Source: Malacoraja senta (Eukaryota). From it: a DNA stretch of 64,000 nt. The translations under genes were made by a program, and so were the position numbers. The stretch spans positions 434,001 through 498,000 of the forward strand of contig JAXLNO010000110.1 of the NCBI GenBank assembly GCA_038087875.1, given 5' to 3'. Below, piece by piece: positions 51,225 to 62,454 of the stretch. How positions within the stretch are numbered: position 1 is the stretch's first letter; every line of letters starts with the position of its first letter. The notes under the pieces are model-generated. The model had not been told where the DNA came from, ran no database searches, and saw only the letters and a program-made list of their open reading frames with translations.

Positions 51225-52003
51225 CACCAGCAGGGGGAGCTGCACGATGGCAGCCTCGCAACAGTCTGTCTGTCTTTTCGTCTTTTTTGTTGTTATCAGT
51301 GTGTTTTAAAAGTTTGTGTTAATGTTCTCTGGTTTGTTTTATGTGGGGGGTGGGGTAGGGGGTCAGGGGAAACTTTTTTTCAATCCCGTACCTTGCCGGA
51401 GATGCGATTGTTTTCCGGGTCGAATCTCCGGTCGCTCTGCGGGCTAACATCATGGAGCTGGAGGCCTCGCTCAGGACTGACTTTGGGCCCCAACGCAGAG
51501 CCGTAGACTTACCATCGGAGCGTGCGATCCTTTGCTTGGGATCGACGCTCCAACCGCAGATTCCAACATCGAGGAGCTCGCAGCCTCGGATAGAGACCGT
51601 AGATGTCAGGAAGCTCCAAAGTCGCATAAGGTTCGACCAGCCCAGACCCGGGGGTCAGATCGCCCGGCGCGGGAGAGCTGAGATTTCCCCCCCCCCCCCC
51701 CGATGCAGGAGCTTGATCGCCCCGACGCGGAGGGCCCGACCGCCGGCTACGGAAGCCAAGATCGTCCAATCAACGGAAGACTCGAGGCCCCCGACAGCGG
51801 GAGAACAAAGAAGGGAAGAGATCGAACTTTCTTTTCGCTTTCCATCACAGTGAGGAATGTGGTGGATGTTTATGTTAAAATGTATTTTGTGTGTTCTGTT
51901 GTTTTTTTAAATGGTATGACTGAATTGGCAAATCAAATTCCTCGTATGTTGCAAAAGATACTTGGCTAATAAAGTATGATTATGATCATGATGATTATTA
52001 TGA
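51225..52003 (+). mobile_element. GC-rich non-autonomous retroelement with Rex1/Babar-like tail, inserted in a Penelope UTR fragment
   Basis: 3' end aaattcctcgtatg...tacttggctaataaa + (tatgat)n resembles Rex1-type tails at ~32170 and ~36250. Confidence 0.5.
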
Positions 52004-52988
52004 TATCACCGTCTGTTTCTCTCGTTTCCCTTTACCCTGACTCTCGGTCTGAAGGAGGGTATCGATCCAAAACTTCGCCCATTCCTTCTCTCCAGAGATG
52101 CTGCCTGTCCCGCTGAGTTACTCCAGCTTTTTGTGTCTTTCTTCGGTTTAAACCAGCATCAGCAGTTCCTTCCTACACACCGAACTGCAGAGTTATTGGG
52201 AATGGGATTATGGACCAGGCACGGGCTAATAGGACCAGCTTAGAAGGCATTTTGGTCAGCCTGGAAGGGCCTGTTTCCGTGCTGTACGAGTCATAAGGTC
52301 ATAAGGAATTGGTGTAGAATTAGGCCATTCAGCCCAATAAGTCTACTCTGCCATTCAATCATGACTGATCTATCTCTCCCTCCTAACCCCATTCTCCTGC
52401 CTTCTCCCCATAACCTCTCACACCCGTACTAATCAAGAATCAATCTAACTCTGCCTTAAAAATATTCACTGACTTGGCCTCCACAGCCGTCTGTGGCAAT
52501 GAATTCCACAGATTCACCAATTTCTTCTCATCTCCTTCCTACAAGAATGCCCATTAATTCTGAGGCTTTGCCCTCTAGTCCTAGACTCTCCCACTGGTGG
52601 AAACATCCTTTTCACATCCACTTATCCAGGCCTTTCACTATTCTGTACGTTTCAATGAGGTCCCTCCCTCATTCTTCTAAACTCCAGCGCGTACAGGCCC
52701 AGTGCCGACAAACGCTCATCATATATTAACCCATTCATTCCTGGGATTTATTCTTGTAAACCTCCTCTGGACCCTCTCCAGAGCCAGCACATCCTTCTTC
52801 AGATAGGGGCCCCAGAATTGCTCACAATATTCCAAATGCGGCCTGACCAGCGCCTTATAGAGCCTCAGCATTACATCCCTGTTTTTGCACACAAGCTCTC
52901 GTGAAATAAATGCTAGCGTTGAGTTTCTTTCCTACCGATAAGTGCTGAGTCCATGAAAAATACATGAATAAAATGCAAGGTTTAATAC

Positions 52989-53152
52989 CAGTGCTTTCTG
53001 CTCGCGGTCGATGAGGAGCTGGTCCATGTACCATTCCGTGTTCTCCCGGTTCACCTGGTGTAGGTTCAACGCTGGACTCTGCAGAGCCGAGTAGAGTGCC
53101 TGCACATCGCTCTTCTCCAGCGCCTCGTCCACATACTCCAAAGCCGCTTGCA
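52989..53152 (-). CDS. IQGAP3: IQGAP3-like exon C (164 nt): VQAALEYVDEALEKSD...LLIDREQKAL
   Basis: Acceptor attctcag, donor gtatta; IQGAP repeat; phase 1 to 0. Confidence 0.93.
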
Positions 53153-53172
53153 CTGAGAATGGAAAAGTCCCT

Positions 53173-53520
53173 TGTTACAAGGAGCGTGGTGCAGGCTAGT
53201 CAAGTACCACAGAACATTAATGGTAGGATTGTGGCGCCACCTGGTGGTTAGGCCATTTATTGGGCGAACCCTCGGCCCTCGGACTGGCAGGGTGACTGTG
53301 TTTGGCGGGAAGAAGTCGTCACGTGGTTTAGGGGTGTGCCCTGTGATATATACAGAACTCTGGGAGAACTCTCCCCAGTCACGTGTGAGCCGTTCTCTGT
53401 ATAACACAATAAAGATCACTTTGTTTCACAACACCTGTCTCGCTAGATTGGTGACCCCGACGAACCAAAACGGTTATTTTGGATTTGAATAATGGATGCA
53501 GCCAACGTACAACCCAAAGT
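53173..53520 (+). mobile_element. LTR retrotransposon 5' fragment: LTR, tRNA-Trp primer binding site and possible gag start
   Basis: Starts TGT; TATA-like tatata (~53347); AATAAA (~53408); TGGTGACCCCGACG at 53448-53461 is complementary to the tRNA-Trp 3' end; ATGGATGCAGCC at 53492. The canonical CA end of the LTR is not evident. Confidence 0.65.
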
Positions 53521-53968
53521 TGCCGTCGCTCCGGCCTCGAGCCTGTTATGCTTTTCATTAAGTCCAAACCAGATGCTCTATCTCAACTCCACCTCCCTCC
53601 AGTCCTTATATCTCTCAAATTCCCTGAAGGTACAAAATGTAATCGAACTAAACGTCCACACTGAAATCGAACGCAACAAAGTCGCGGAGAGTCGCAGAGA
53701 TGCAGCCTGGTTAGGAGGGAAGCAAGCATGAAGAATACACGTAACCAAGGCAAAACGTCCATCATTTAATGTTTAAGAAAGAACTGCAGATGCTGGAAAA
53801 ATCAACGGTAGACAAAAATGCTGGAGAAACTCAGCGGGTGAGAAAGCATCTATGGAGCGAAGGAGACTGATGTGGGGGAGGGGGGGGCAGAAGAAAGAAA
53901 GGAAGCGGAGATTACCGTCTCCGCCTCTTCCTTTCTTTTCCCGCCCCCCCCCCGACATCAGTCTGAAG

Positions 53969-54350
53969 CAAAGATCCTATAGCGAGCAAGATAGTCCACT
54001 CGACGAAAAAGACGTAGTACGGTCATGGGCAGATTCATGGGTAATTTAAGGACCCATTTCCGTAACCGGCTTCCGTCTCTGCACCAAAGATCCCATAGGA
54101 TAATAGTGTGGAGACGGAAGCCGGTTACGGAAACATCCTCGTAAAAATAAAAGTTATTTGGTGTAAATCTTCTCCTCATTTTCAGAATTTTAATTTATTA
54201 ACACAAACTATTCCACCGCAACATTGATTACACTGCGAGTCGGGTCGGGTCGTATCCGGTTACGGAAATGGATGAAAAAAAGGCCCACGTTCCGTTGCGT
54301 ACTACACGTCAGCCCATTGCATTTAGCAGGAGTGGTCTATAGGATCTTTG
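53969..54350. mobile_element. hAT-type MITE
   Basis: Perfect 14-bp TIR CAAAGATCCTATAG; perfect 8-bp TSD gtctgaag. Confidence 0.88.
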
Positions 54351-54728
54351 GTCTGAAGAAGGGTCTCGACCCGATACATCGCCTATTCCTTCGCTCCATA
54401 GATGCTGCCTCACCTGCTGAGTTTCTCCAGCATTCTTGTCTACCTATAATTTAATTCTTGCTGCCCAGACTGGAAGCAAATAACAGTGCAGAACAAAGTA
54501 AGTTCTTGCAATTCTACAGCAGGACAGGCAGCATCAGTGGAGGCCAAGAGTTGGTCGTTGTCTTGGGTCAAGATCGGGCATCAACACCCGAGGCAGGGTC
54601 TCAACATGAGACAGCCTCCACGGATGCTGCCTGACCTGCTGACTTCGCCAGCAGTTTATTTTTTTGCTCCAGATTCCAGCATCTTCGACCTCTTGTAATT
54701 AAACAGTGCTTTTAGACTTTCCACTTTA

Positions 54729-55485
54729 GAAACATAGAAAATAGGTGCAGGAGGTGGCCATTCGGCCCTTCGAGCCAACACCGCAATTCATTGTGATCAT
54801 GGCTGATCGTCCCCCAATCAATAACCCGTGCCTGCCTTCTCCCCATATCCCTTGTCTCCACTAACCCCTAGAGCTCTATCCAACTCTCTCTTAAATCCAT
54901 CCAGTGACTTGGCCTCCACTGCCCTCTGTGGCAGGGAATTCCACAAATTTGCAACTCTCTGGGTGAAAACGTTTTTTTCTCACCTCAGTCTTAAATGACC
55001 TCCCCTTTATTTTAAGACTGTGGCCCCTGGTTCTGGACTCGCCCAACATTAGGAACATTTTTCCTGCATCTAGCTTGTCCAGTCTTTTTATAATTTTATA
55101 TGTTTCTATAAGATTCCCCCTCATCCTTCTAAACTCCAGTGAATACAAGCCTAGTATTTTCAATCTTTCCTCATATGACAGTCCCGCCATCCCAGGGATC
55201 AATCTCGTGAACCTACGCTGCACTGCCTTAATCACAAGGATGTCCTTCCTCAAATTCGGAGACCAAAACTGAACACAATACTCCAGATGTGGTCTCATCA
55301 GAGCCCTATACAACTGCAGAAGAACCTCTTTACTCCTATATTGAAATCCTCTTGTTATGAAGGCCAACATTCCATTAGCTTTCTTCACTGCCTGTTGTAC
55401 CTGCACGCCAACTTTCAGTGACTGGTGTACAAGGACACCCAGGTCTCGCTGCACCTCCCCCTTGCCTAACCTAACCCCATTGAGT
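54729..55485 (-). mobile_element. CR1 LINE 3' fragment
   Basis: 187-aa ORF QRDLGVLVHQSLK...[13 protein letters not shown]... Confidence 0.88.
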
Positions 55486-56936
55486 CTTTAGACTTTAGAG
55501 ATACAGCGTGAAAACAGGCCCTTCGGCCCACCGAGTCCGCTCCAACCAGCAATCAACCGGTACACTAGCATTATCCTACACACCGAGGACAATTTACAAT
55601 TTACAGAAGCCAATTAACCTACAAACCTGCACGTCTTTGGCATATGAGAGGAAACCAGAGCAACCGTAGAAAAACCCCGCGGTCACAGGGAGAATGTACA
55701 GATTCCGTACAGGCAGCACCCGTAGTCAGGATTGAACCTGGGTCTTTGACGCTGTGAGACACCAACTCTACCGCTGCGCCACCGTTCCGCCCTTCATTGT
55801 ACCTCTATAAAATCACCCCACATCGTCATACGCTCCAAGGAATGGATTCCCAGCCTGCTCAACCTCTCCCTGTAGCTCAGCCCTTCGAGTCTTGGCAACA
55901 CGATGGTGCAGCGGTAGAGTCGCTGCCTTACAGCGCTTGCAGCACCAGAGACCCGGGTTCCATCCTGATCACGGAGTTTGTACCTTCTCCCCCTGACCTG
56001 CGTGGGTTTTCCCCGGGACCTTCGGTTTCCTCCCACACTCCAAAGACGTACGGGTTCGTAGGTTAATTGGCTTGGTATATGTGTAAGCTGCCCCTCCTGC
56101 CTGTAGGATAGTGTTAGCGTGTGGGGATTTCTGGTTGGAGCGGACTCGGTGGGCCTGTTTCCGCGCTGTATCGCGAAACTAGACTAAACCTGAGACTCCA
56201 CTTCGTAAATCGTGGAGGACTCGCCCACAGTGGACTGATGACGGAGGACCTGCCCGGTCGGCCCACCTCCGAAACGACCCAGGGCCACTGGCGTCGATGG
56301 GAACCTGTCAACCCAGAGCAAGGAGGGACTGAGAGATTGGTGAGAGCATTGGGGGAGGGGGCCTGTAGAGGCAGCAGATAGGACTGTTCGATACTTTTGT
56401 AACTTTGTCAGCAATGGACCATTGTGGGCTCCACCTTTCCTTGGCTCCTAGTCATTGAATTTGTCAGCACAGAGTAACTAGTCGATACAGTAAAGGCCTT
56501 GCGTTGTCCCGCATAGACCAGAGTTAGGTAGGAAGGATCTGAAGATGTTGGTTTACACTGAAGACAGACACAGAACGCTGGAGTAACTCAGCAGATCTTG
56601 AGAAAAGGAATGGGTGACGTTTCTGGTCAAGATTCAGTTCGCTTTGGGTCTGAAGAAGGGTCCCGACTCAAAGCCAGAGATCCAGAGATGCTGCCTGACC
56701 CGCTGAGTTACTCCAACATTTTGTGACGGTGCACTAGTGTATGGGACGATCGCTGGTCGGCGCGGACTCGGTGGGCTTAAGGACCTGTTTCCGCGCTGTA
56801 TCTCTAAACTCCCCTTTGAAAGCTCAGTTGGGTGTTGCAGGCAGAGGCAGAGGTCCAGATCATTACCCCTCTCTACACAATGAACATTCATCCTCACGCC
56901 AGTCCTACCCCCAGGCATCAAGAGCACCGCACTTAC

Positions 56937-57024
56937 CATTGACTTTGTTAATATTGCCTTGAATTTCAGCGTGAGTCAAGAGCTCCTCGTACACGTCCTT
57001 CCCCTCGGTCAGCTCCGCTTTATA
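56937..57024 (-). CDS. IQGAP3: IQGAP3-like exon B (88 nt): YKAELTEGKDVYEELLTHAEIQGNINKVN
   Basis: Acceptor ttcttcag, donor gtaagt; conserved DVYEELLTxAEIQGNINKVN; not in the ORF track; phase 0 to 1. Confidence 0.93.
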
Positions 57025-58253
57025 CTGAAGAATAAACAAACAGGCAAGTCAGTACAGAGTCTTTTCCAGCACAGAGTGCCAGAGGACATAGGTTCAAGGT
57101 GAGGGGGGAAAAGATTTAATAGTAATCCGAGAGGTAACTTTTTTCACACAGAGGGTGGTGGGTGTATGGAACAAGCTGCCAGAGGAGGTAGTTGAGGCAG
57201 GGACTATCCCATCGTTGGGGGGGGGGGGGGGGGGGGGGGGGGGGAAACTACTTTCTAGGGTCCCTACCTGGTCGGAGAGGCAGCTTTTCTCCGGGCTGCA
57301 CTTTCGACCCGTCCTCGCGGCCTACCAGCGGGCCTGGAGCGGCGTTTCCTGAGGGGACCGCCCAGGACCTCGGCTTCGGCGGCGGCGCAGCGCTGGAGCG
57401 CTATCGCGGAGCGGAGCGGGCGATGCCTTGCCCGGGTCGCCACGCTGGAGCTCCGGTGAGCTGGGACCGCCGGTGAAACATCGCGGAGCTGCGGGTCTGT
57501 GAAGCGGCCAGCTGCGGTGAACTTTACATCGGGAGCCTGGGATCTCTCGGTGAGATCGCCAGTGGTGGAGCTCCATCCAGCGCGGCCTGTTGGCTTCGGA
57601 AGCCGCGGTCTCCGGTAAGGAGGCGGCCATTCCAGGTCTCCCAAGCCGCTGAGAGGGTTCTCCCGACGCCGGAGCACCATCACCCGGCGAAGAAGGGCCT
57701 GTAACATCGGTCCCCGTAGCTGCGATTGTGGAGGCCTATATAGGCCTGACTATGGGTGGACATGGGGATAGGGACTGGACTTTGTGCCTTCCCTCACAGT
57801 GGGAACCATTGTGGGGGGGTGGTTTTTATGTTTTATGTTAAATTTTCTTTAATGTTGTGTCTAATTTGTGCTGTATGGCAAGACATATTTCACTACACCA
57901 TTTGGTGTATGTGACAATAAATGTCCTTTGTCTTTTGTTTAAGAAACAGTAGGACAGATTTGGAGGGTTATTGACCAAGCGCAGGCAAGTGGGACTAGGG
58001 TAGCTGGGACATTGTTGGCCGGTGTGGGCGAGTTGGGCCGAAGGGCCTGTTTCCACACTGTATTTATCTATGACTCTAGGAGTTAGAATGGAGGCACAGG
58101 GAACTGCAGGTGCGTACCTGCAGTTCCCTGTTTAGTTTAGAGATACAGCATGGAAACAGGCCCTTCGGCCCGTCTGATCAGTGGGCTAGGTCGACAACTC
58201 TCTGCAATTTCGTCAGAGCTGTTCCCAAACCAAGATGCGATGCAACCCGTCAG

Positions 58254-58451
58254 GTAGACACAAAGTGCTGGAGTAACTCAGCGGGTGAGGCAGCATCTCT
58301 GGAGAGAAGGAATGGGTGATGTTTCAGGAGCTGAAGAAGGGTCTCGACCCGAGACGTCGCCCATTCCTTCTCTCCAGAGATGCTGCCTCACCCGCTGAGT
58401 CATTCCAGCATTTTGTGTCTACCTTTGATTTAAACCAGTTTTTTCTTACAC
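58254..58451 (+). mobile_element. Palindromic Penelope-derived short element
   Basis: 14-bp TSD atgcaacccgwcag (58240-58253 / 58452-58465). Confidence 0.75.
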
Positions 58452-59523
58452 ATGCAACCCGACAGTATGCGTTCTACGATGCCTCTGCACAACCTTGCAA
58501 GACTTATTGACTTTAGACTTTACTTTAGAGATACAGCGCGGAAACAACCCATCAGACCACTGAGTCCTCAGCGACCAGAGATCCCTGTACAAAAGCACTA
58601 TTCTACACACTAAGGACAATTTATAATTTTACCAAAGCCAAATAACGTACAAACCTGGACGTCTTTGGGATGTGGGAGGAAAGCAGACCGCCCAGAGAAA
58701 ACCCACTTGTTCACGGGGAGCACGTGCAAACTCCGAACAGACAACACCCATAGTCAGGTTACCTACCTGATCTCCCGGTGGCTCAGAACTTCAACTCCCC
58801 CTCCCATTCCCAATCTGACCTTTCAGTCCTGGGCCTCCTCCATTGTCAGAGTGAGGCCCAGCGCAAATTGGAGGAACAGCACCTCATATTTCGCTTGGGT
58901 AATTTGCACCCCAGGGGCACGAACATTAACTTCTCTAACTTCAGACAGCCCTTGCTTTCTCTCTCCATCCTTTTCCCTTCTCTCCAGAGATGCTGCCTCA
59001 CCCACTGAGTTACTCCAGCATTTTGTGTCTACCCGTAGGCAGGCTGGGAGCCGGGCCTCTGGCGCTGCGAGGCAGCAACTCGACCGTTATGCCACCATGC
59101 CGCACGCTCGGTGCATCTTGGCATACCTACATCAAGAACGGATACTGAATCATTTTCTCAGGAGAAGAGCTCAGGAAAAGGAGGGCAGCATGGCGGCGCA
59201 TCTGTATAGTTGCCACGGAGACCCGGGCTCAATCCTGACTACTGCCTGGATTGGGTGCTGTCTGTACGGAGTTTGCACGTTCTCCCCGTGACCTGCGTGG
59301 GTTTTCTCCAGGATCTCCGGTTTCCTCCCACACTCCAAAGATGCACAGGTTTGTAGGTTGATTGGCATGGTATAATCGTAAACTGCCCCTAGTGCGTGTA
59401 GGGTAGTGTAAGGGTGTGGGGATCGCTGGTCGGCGCGGACACGGTGGGCCGAAGCGCCCGTTTCGGCGCTGTAGCACTGAAATAAGCTATGGCGGCAGCA
59501 AAAGTTTGCAGAGCGGCACTCAC

Positions 59524-59711
59524 CGTGTCAATCCGTTTCCTGGCGTTGGCTGCCTTCTCACTCTTCGCCTGGCACAGAATTTCCTGGTACACTGGGGCAA
59601 GACTGTGGACAAGGTTCACCAGCATGGCACTGGGGTTACGCAGAGCCACCATCGTTTGTTCCACAAGCCCTCGATCGATGGCCTCGTTAATGGCGATCAC
59701 AGCCGCATGCA
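59524..59711 (-). CDS. IQGAP3: IQGAP3-like exon A (188 nt): VHAAVIAINEAIDRGLVEQ...AANARKRIDT
   Basis: Acceptor ctgctcag, donor gtgagt; IQGAP HAAVIAINEA motif; phase 1 in, phase 0 out. Confidence 0.93.
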
Positions 59712-61187
59712 CTGAGCAGAGAAGAAAGGGACGCACTCAGTCAGAACCACTGCACTTTATTCCCTTATCACAATGAGACACAAAATACTGGAGTAACTCA
59801 GCGGGACAGACGGCATCTCTGGAGAGAAGGAATGCCATTCCTTCTCCAGAGATTCCACCTGTCCCACTGAGTTACTTCAGCATTTTGTGTCTATCTTTGG
59901 TTCAAATCAGCATCTGCAGTTCCTTCCTACACATTTCCTTATCACATATCAATACACTGTGAATGGGTCGATTGTATGTAATGTATTGTCTTTCCACTGC
60001 CTAGATAGCACGCAACAAAAGCTTTTCACTGTACACGTCATTGAGTCAGAGTGATACAGTGTGGAAATAGGCCCTTCGGCCCAACTTGCCCACAGTGGCC
60101 AACATGTCCCAGCTACACTAGTCCCACCTGCCTGCGCTTGGTCCATATCCCTCCAAACCTGTCCTATCCATGTACCTGTCTAATGGATGAGATAATAAAC
60201 TAAACTGTAACAGGCATATAGATCTGGTTCGATCATTTAAAATTCCAGTTATCCACCTGCCACCCTCTGTGCCCGACCAGGGTGCGGGCACCTTGTGGTA
60301 CTGCATCAACCTCAGGATGTCGTGGCAGTGCCACGATGGCAGCAGCCATGCAGCCAGACGTGCTGCTGCCTCAACGTGTAGGAAGAAACTGCAGATGCTG
60401 GTTTACACCGAAGATCGACACAAAATGCTGGAGTAACTCAGCGGGACAGGCAGCATCTCTGGAGAGAAGGAATGGGTGACGTTTCGGGTCGAGCCCCTTC
60501 TTTGGACTGAGAGTCGGGGGAGAGGGAGACACGGAGATATGGAAGGGCAAGGTGTGAAAACGAGACATCAAGGGGGTACTTTACTAACTTCAAGTAACCT
60601 TTGCTTTCCCTCTCTCCATCCTCCCCCCATCAGTTCTCCGACCAGTCTGATCGTCTTGCTGATTAACATTTGTTCTTTGCATGTTTCCCCTAACTAACAA
60701 TGATCTATTATAAATTTCCCTTGAACTTCGTCCCCTATGATGTCTCGTTTTCACACCTTGCCACCCTCTGACGAAAGAAATTCCTCCTCATCTCCTTCCT
60801 TAAAGAACGTCCTTTACTTCTGAGGCTGTGACCTCTAGTCCTAGACTCTCCCACTAGTGGAAAAATCCTCTCCTCATCCACTCTATCCAAGCCTTTCACT
60901 ATCCTGACCATGTCAATGAGGTGTTCCCCCCACCCCCCTCACTTTTCTAAACTCCAGCGAGTACAGGCCCAGTGCCATCAAACTCTCATCATATGTTAAC
61001 CCACTCATTGCTGGGATCATCATTGTAAACCTCCTCTGGACCCTCTCCAGAGCCAGCACATCCTTCCTCAGATATGGTGCCCAGAATTGCTCACAGTACT
61101 CCAAATGTGGCCTGACCAGCACCTTATAGAGCCTCAGCATTACATCCCTGTTTTTGTATACAAGCCCTCTCGAAATGAACAATAGCA

Positions 61188-61373
61188 GGTAGACAAAATT
61201 GCTGGAGAAACTCAGCGGGTACGGCAGCATCTATGGAGGGAAGGAAATAGGCAACGATTCGGGCCGAAACGTTGCCTATTTCCTTCGCTCCGTAGATGCT
61301 GCCGCACCCGCTGAGTTTCTCCAGCAATTTTGTCTACCTTTGATTTTCCAGCATCTGCAGTTCCTTCTTAAAC
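61188..61373 (+). mobile_element. Palindromic Penelope-derived short element
   Basis: 13-bp TSD atgaacaatrgca (61175-61187 / 61374-61386). Confidence 0.78.
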
Positions 61374-62454
61374 ATGAACAATGGCAATCCTTTTCTCCGG
61401 AGATGCTGCCTGACCCGCTGTGTTACTGGAGCTTTTTGTGTCTTTCCCGTTTGAACCAGTATCCGCAGTTCCTCCCTGCACATTGTCTGGGATAAAAAGA
61501 TTCCGAATGCCCAATAACAAGGGGCCCAACTCCGAATGTCACCTGACCATTTTCTCCAGAGATGCTGCCTGACCCGCTGAGTTACTCCTGCATTTTCAGT
61601 TTCAGTGTAGTTTATTGTCACATGTGCTGTGGTACAGCGAAAAGCTTTTGTTGCGTGCTAACCAGCCAGCGGAAAGGCAATACATGATTACAATCGAGCC
61701 ATTCGCAGTGTACAGATACATGCTGTGTCTATATTCAGATTGTCTCTCCCCTATCTATGCCTCTCATAGTTTTATATCCATCGACCAGAGACAGTGGGGC
61801 TGCCACAACCTTGCTGGCAATGCCTCCATCTCATCTCATTAAGGAATAAAGATGCTTTCCAGGGCCGTGTTTGGTTCATTGATCTCAGCCTCAAGGGGTG
61901 TGCTGCAAGTGCTTTGTTTAGTAGCAGCATTCGCTTCAGCTCGATCGCAGAAAAGGTTTCCAATACCATCAACAACAGCTTACAACCCAGCGGTATGAAT
62001 ATTGATTTCTCTAACTTCACGTGACCCTTGCTTTCCCTCTCTCTCCATCCCTCCCCCACCCTAGTTCTCCGACCAGTCCCACTGTCCTGATTACATTTTA
62101 TCTTTATCATGAGAGGGATAGATTGGGTAGATACACAGAGTATCTTGCCCAGAGCAGGGGAATCGAGGACCAGAGGACATAGGTTCAAGGTGAGGGGGAA
62201 TTGATTTAATAGGAATCCGAGGGGTATCCTTTTCACACAAAGGGTGGTGGGTGTATGGAACAAGCTGCCAGAGGAGGTAGTTGAGGCTGGGACTATCCCA
62301 ACATTCAAGAAACAGTTAGACAGGTACATGGATAGGACAAGTTTGGAGGGATCTGGACCAAGCGCAGGCAGGTGGGACTCGTGTAGCTGGGACATGTTGG
62401 CCGGTGTGGGCAAGTTGGGCGGAAGGGCCTGTTACCACACTGTATCACTCTATA

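Larger units (their letters stand above)
2665..59711 (-). other. IQGAP3: IQGAP3-like gene, internal portion (15 coding exons; 5' CH-domain exons and 3' RasGAP-related exons lie outside the window)
   Basis: Fifteen exons with canonical AG/GT boundaries join in frame (1941 nt = 2 + 646 codons + 1). The translation follows IQGAP domain order. REQKA-ELG, GELTQEELYVAVEMLSAV, RYFDAL, LGVAAINQAIKE and KDGSTYYF resemble IQGAP3 more than IQGAP1/2 as I recall them. Confidence 0.85.

Noticed and set aside
53492..53731. 79-aa ORF as an intact gag
   Set aside because: Only the first few codons follow the PBS plausibly; no recognisable capsid or zinc-knuckle motif, and no pol or 3' LTR.
57215..57925. CpG island or internal promoter
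   Set aside because: It interrupts a CR1 fragment and shares a 3' motif (cttcc...cacagtgg...accattgtgggggg) with the element at 27553-28080, so it is more likely a GC-rich repeat.
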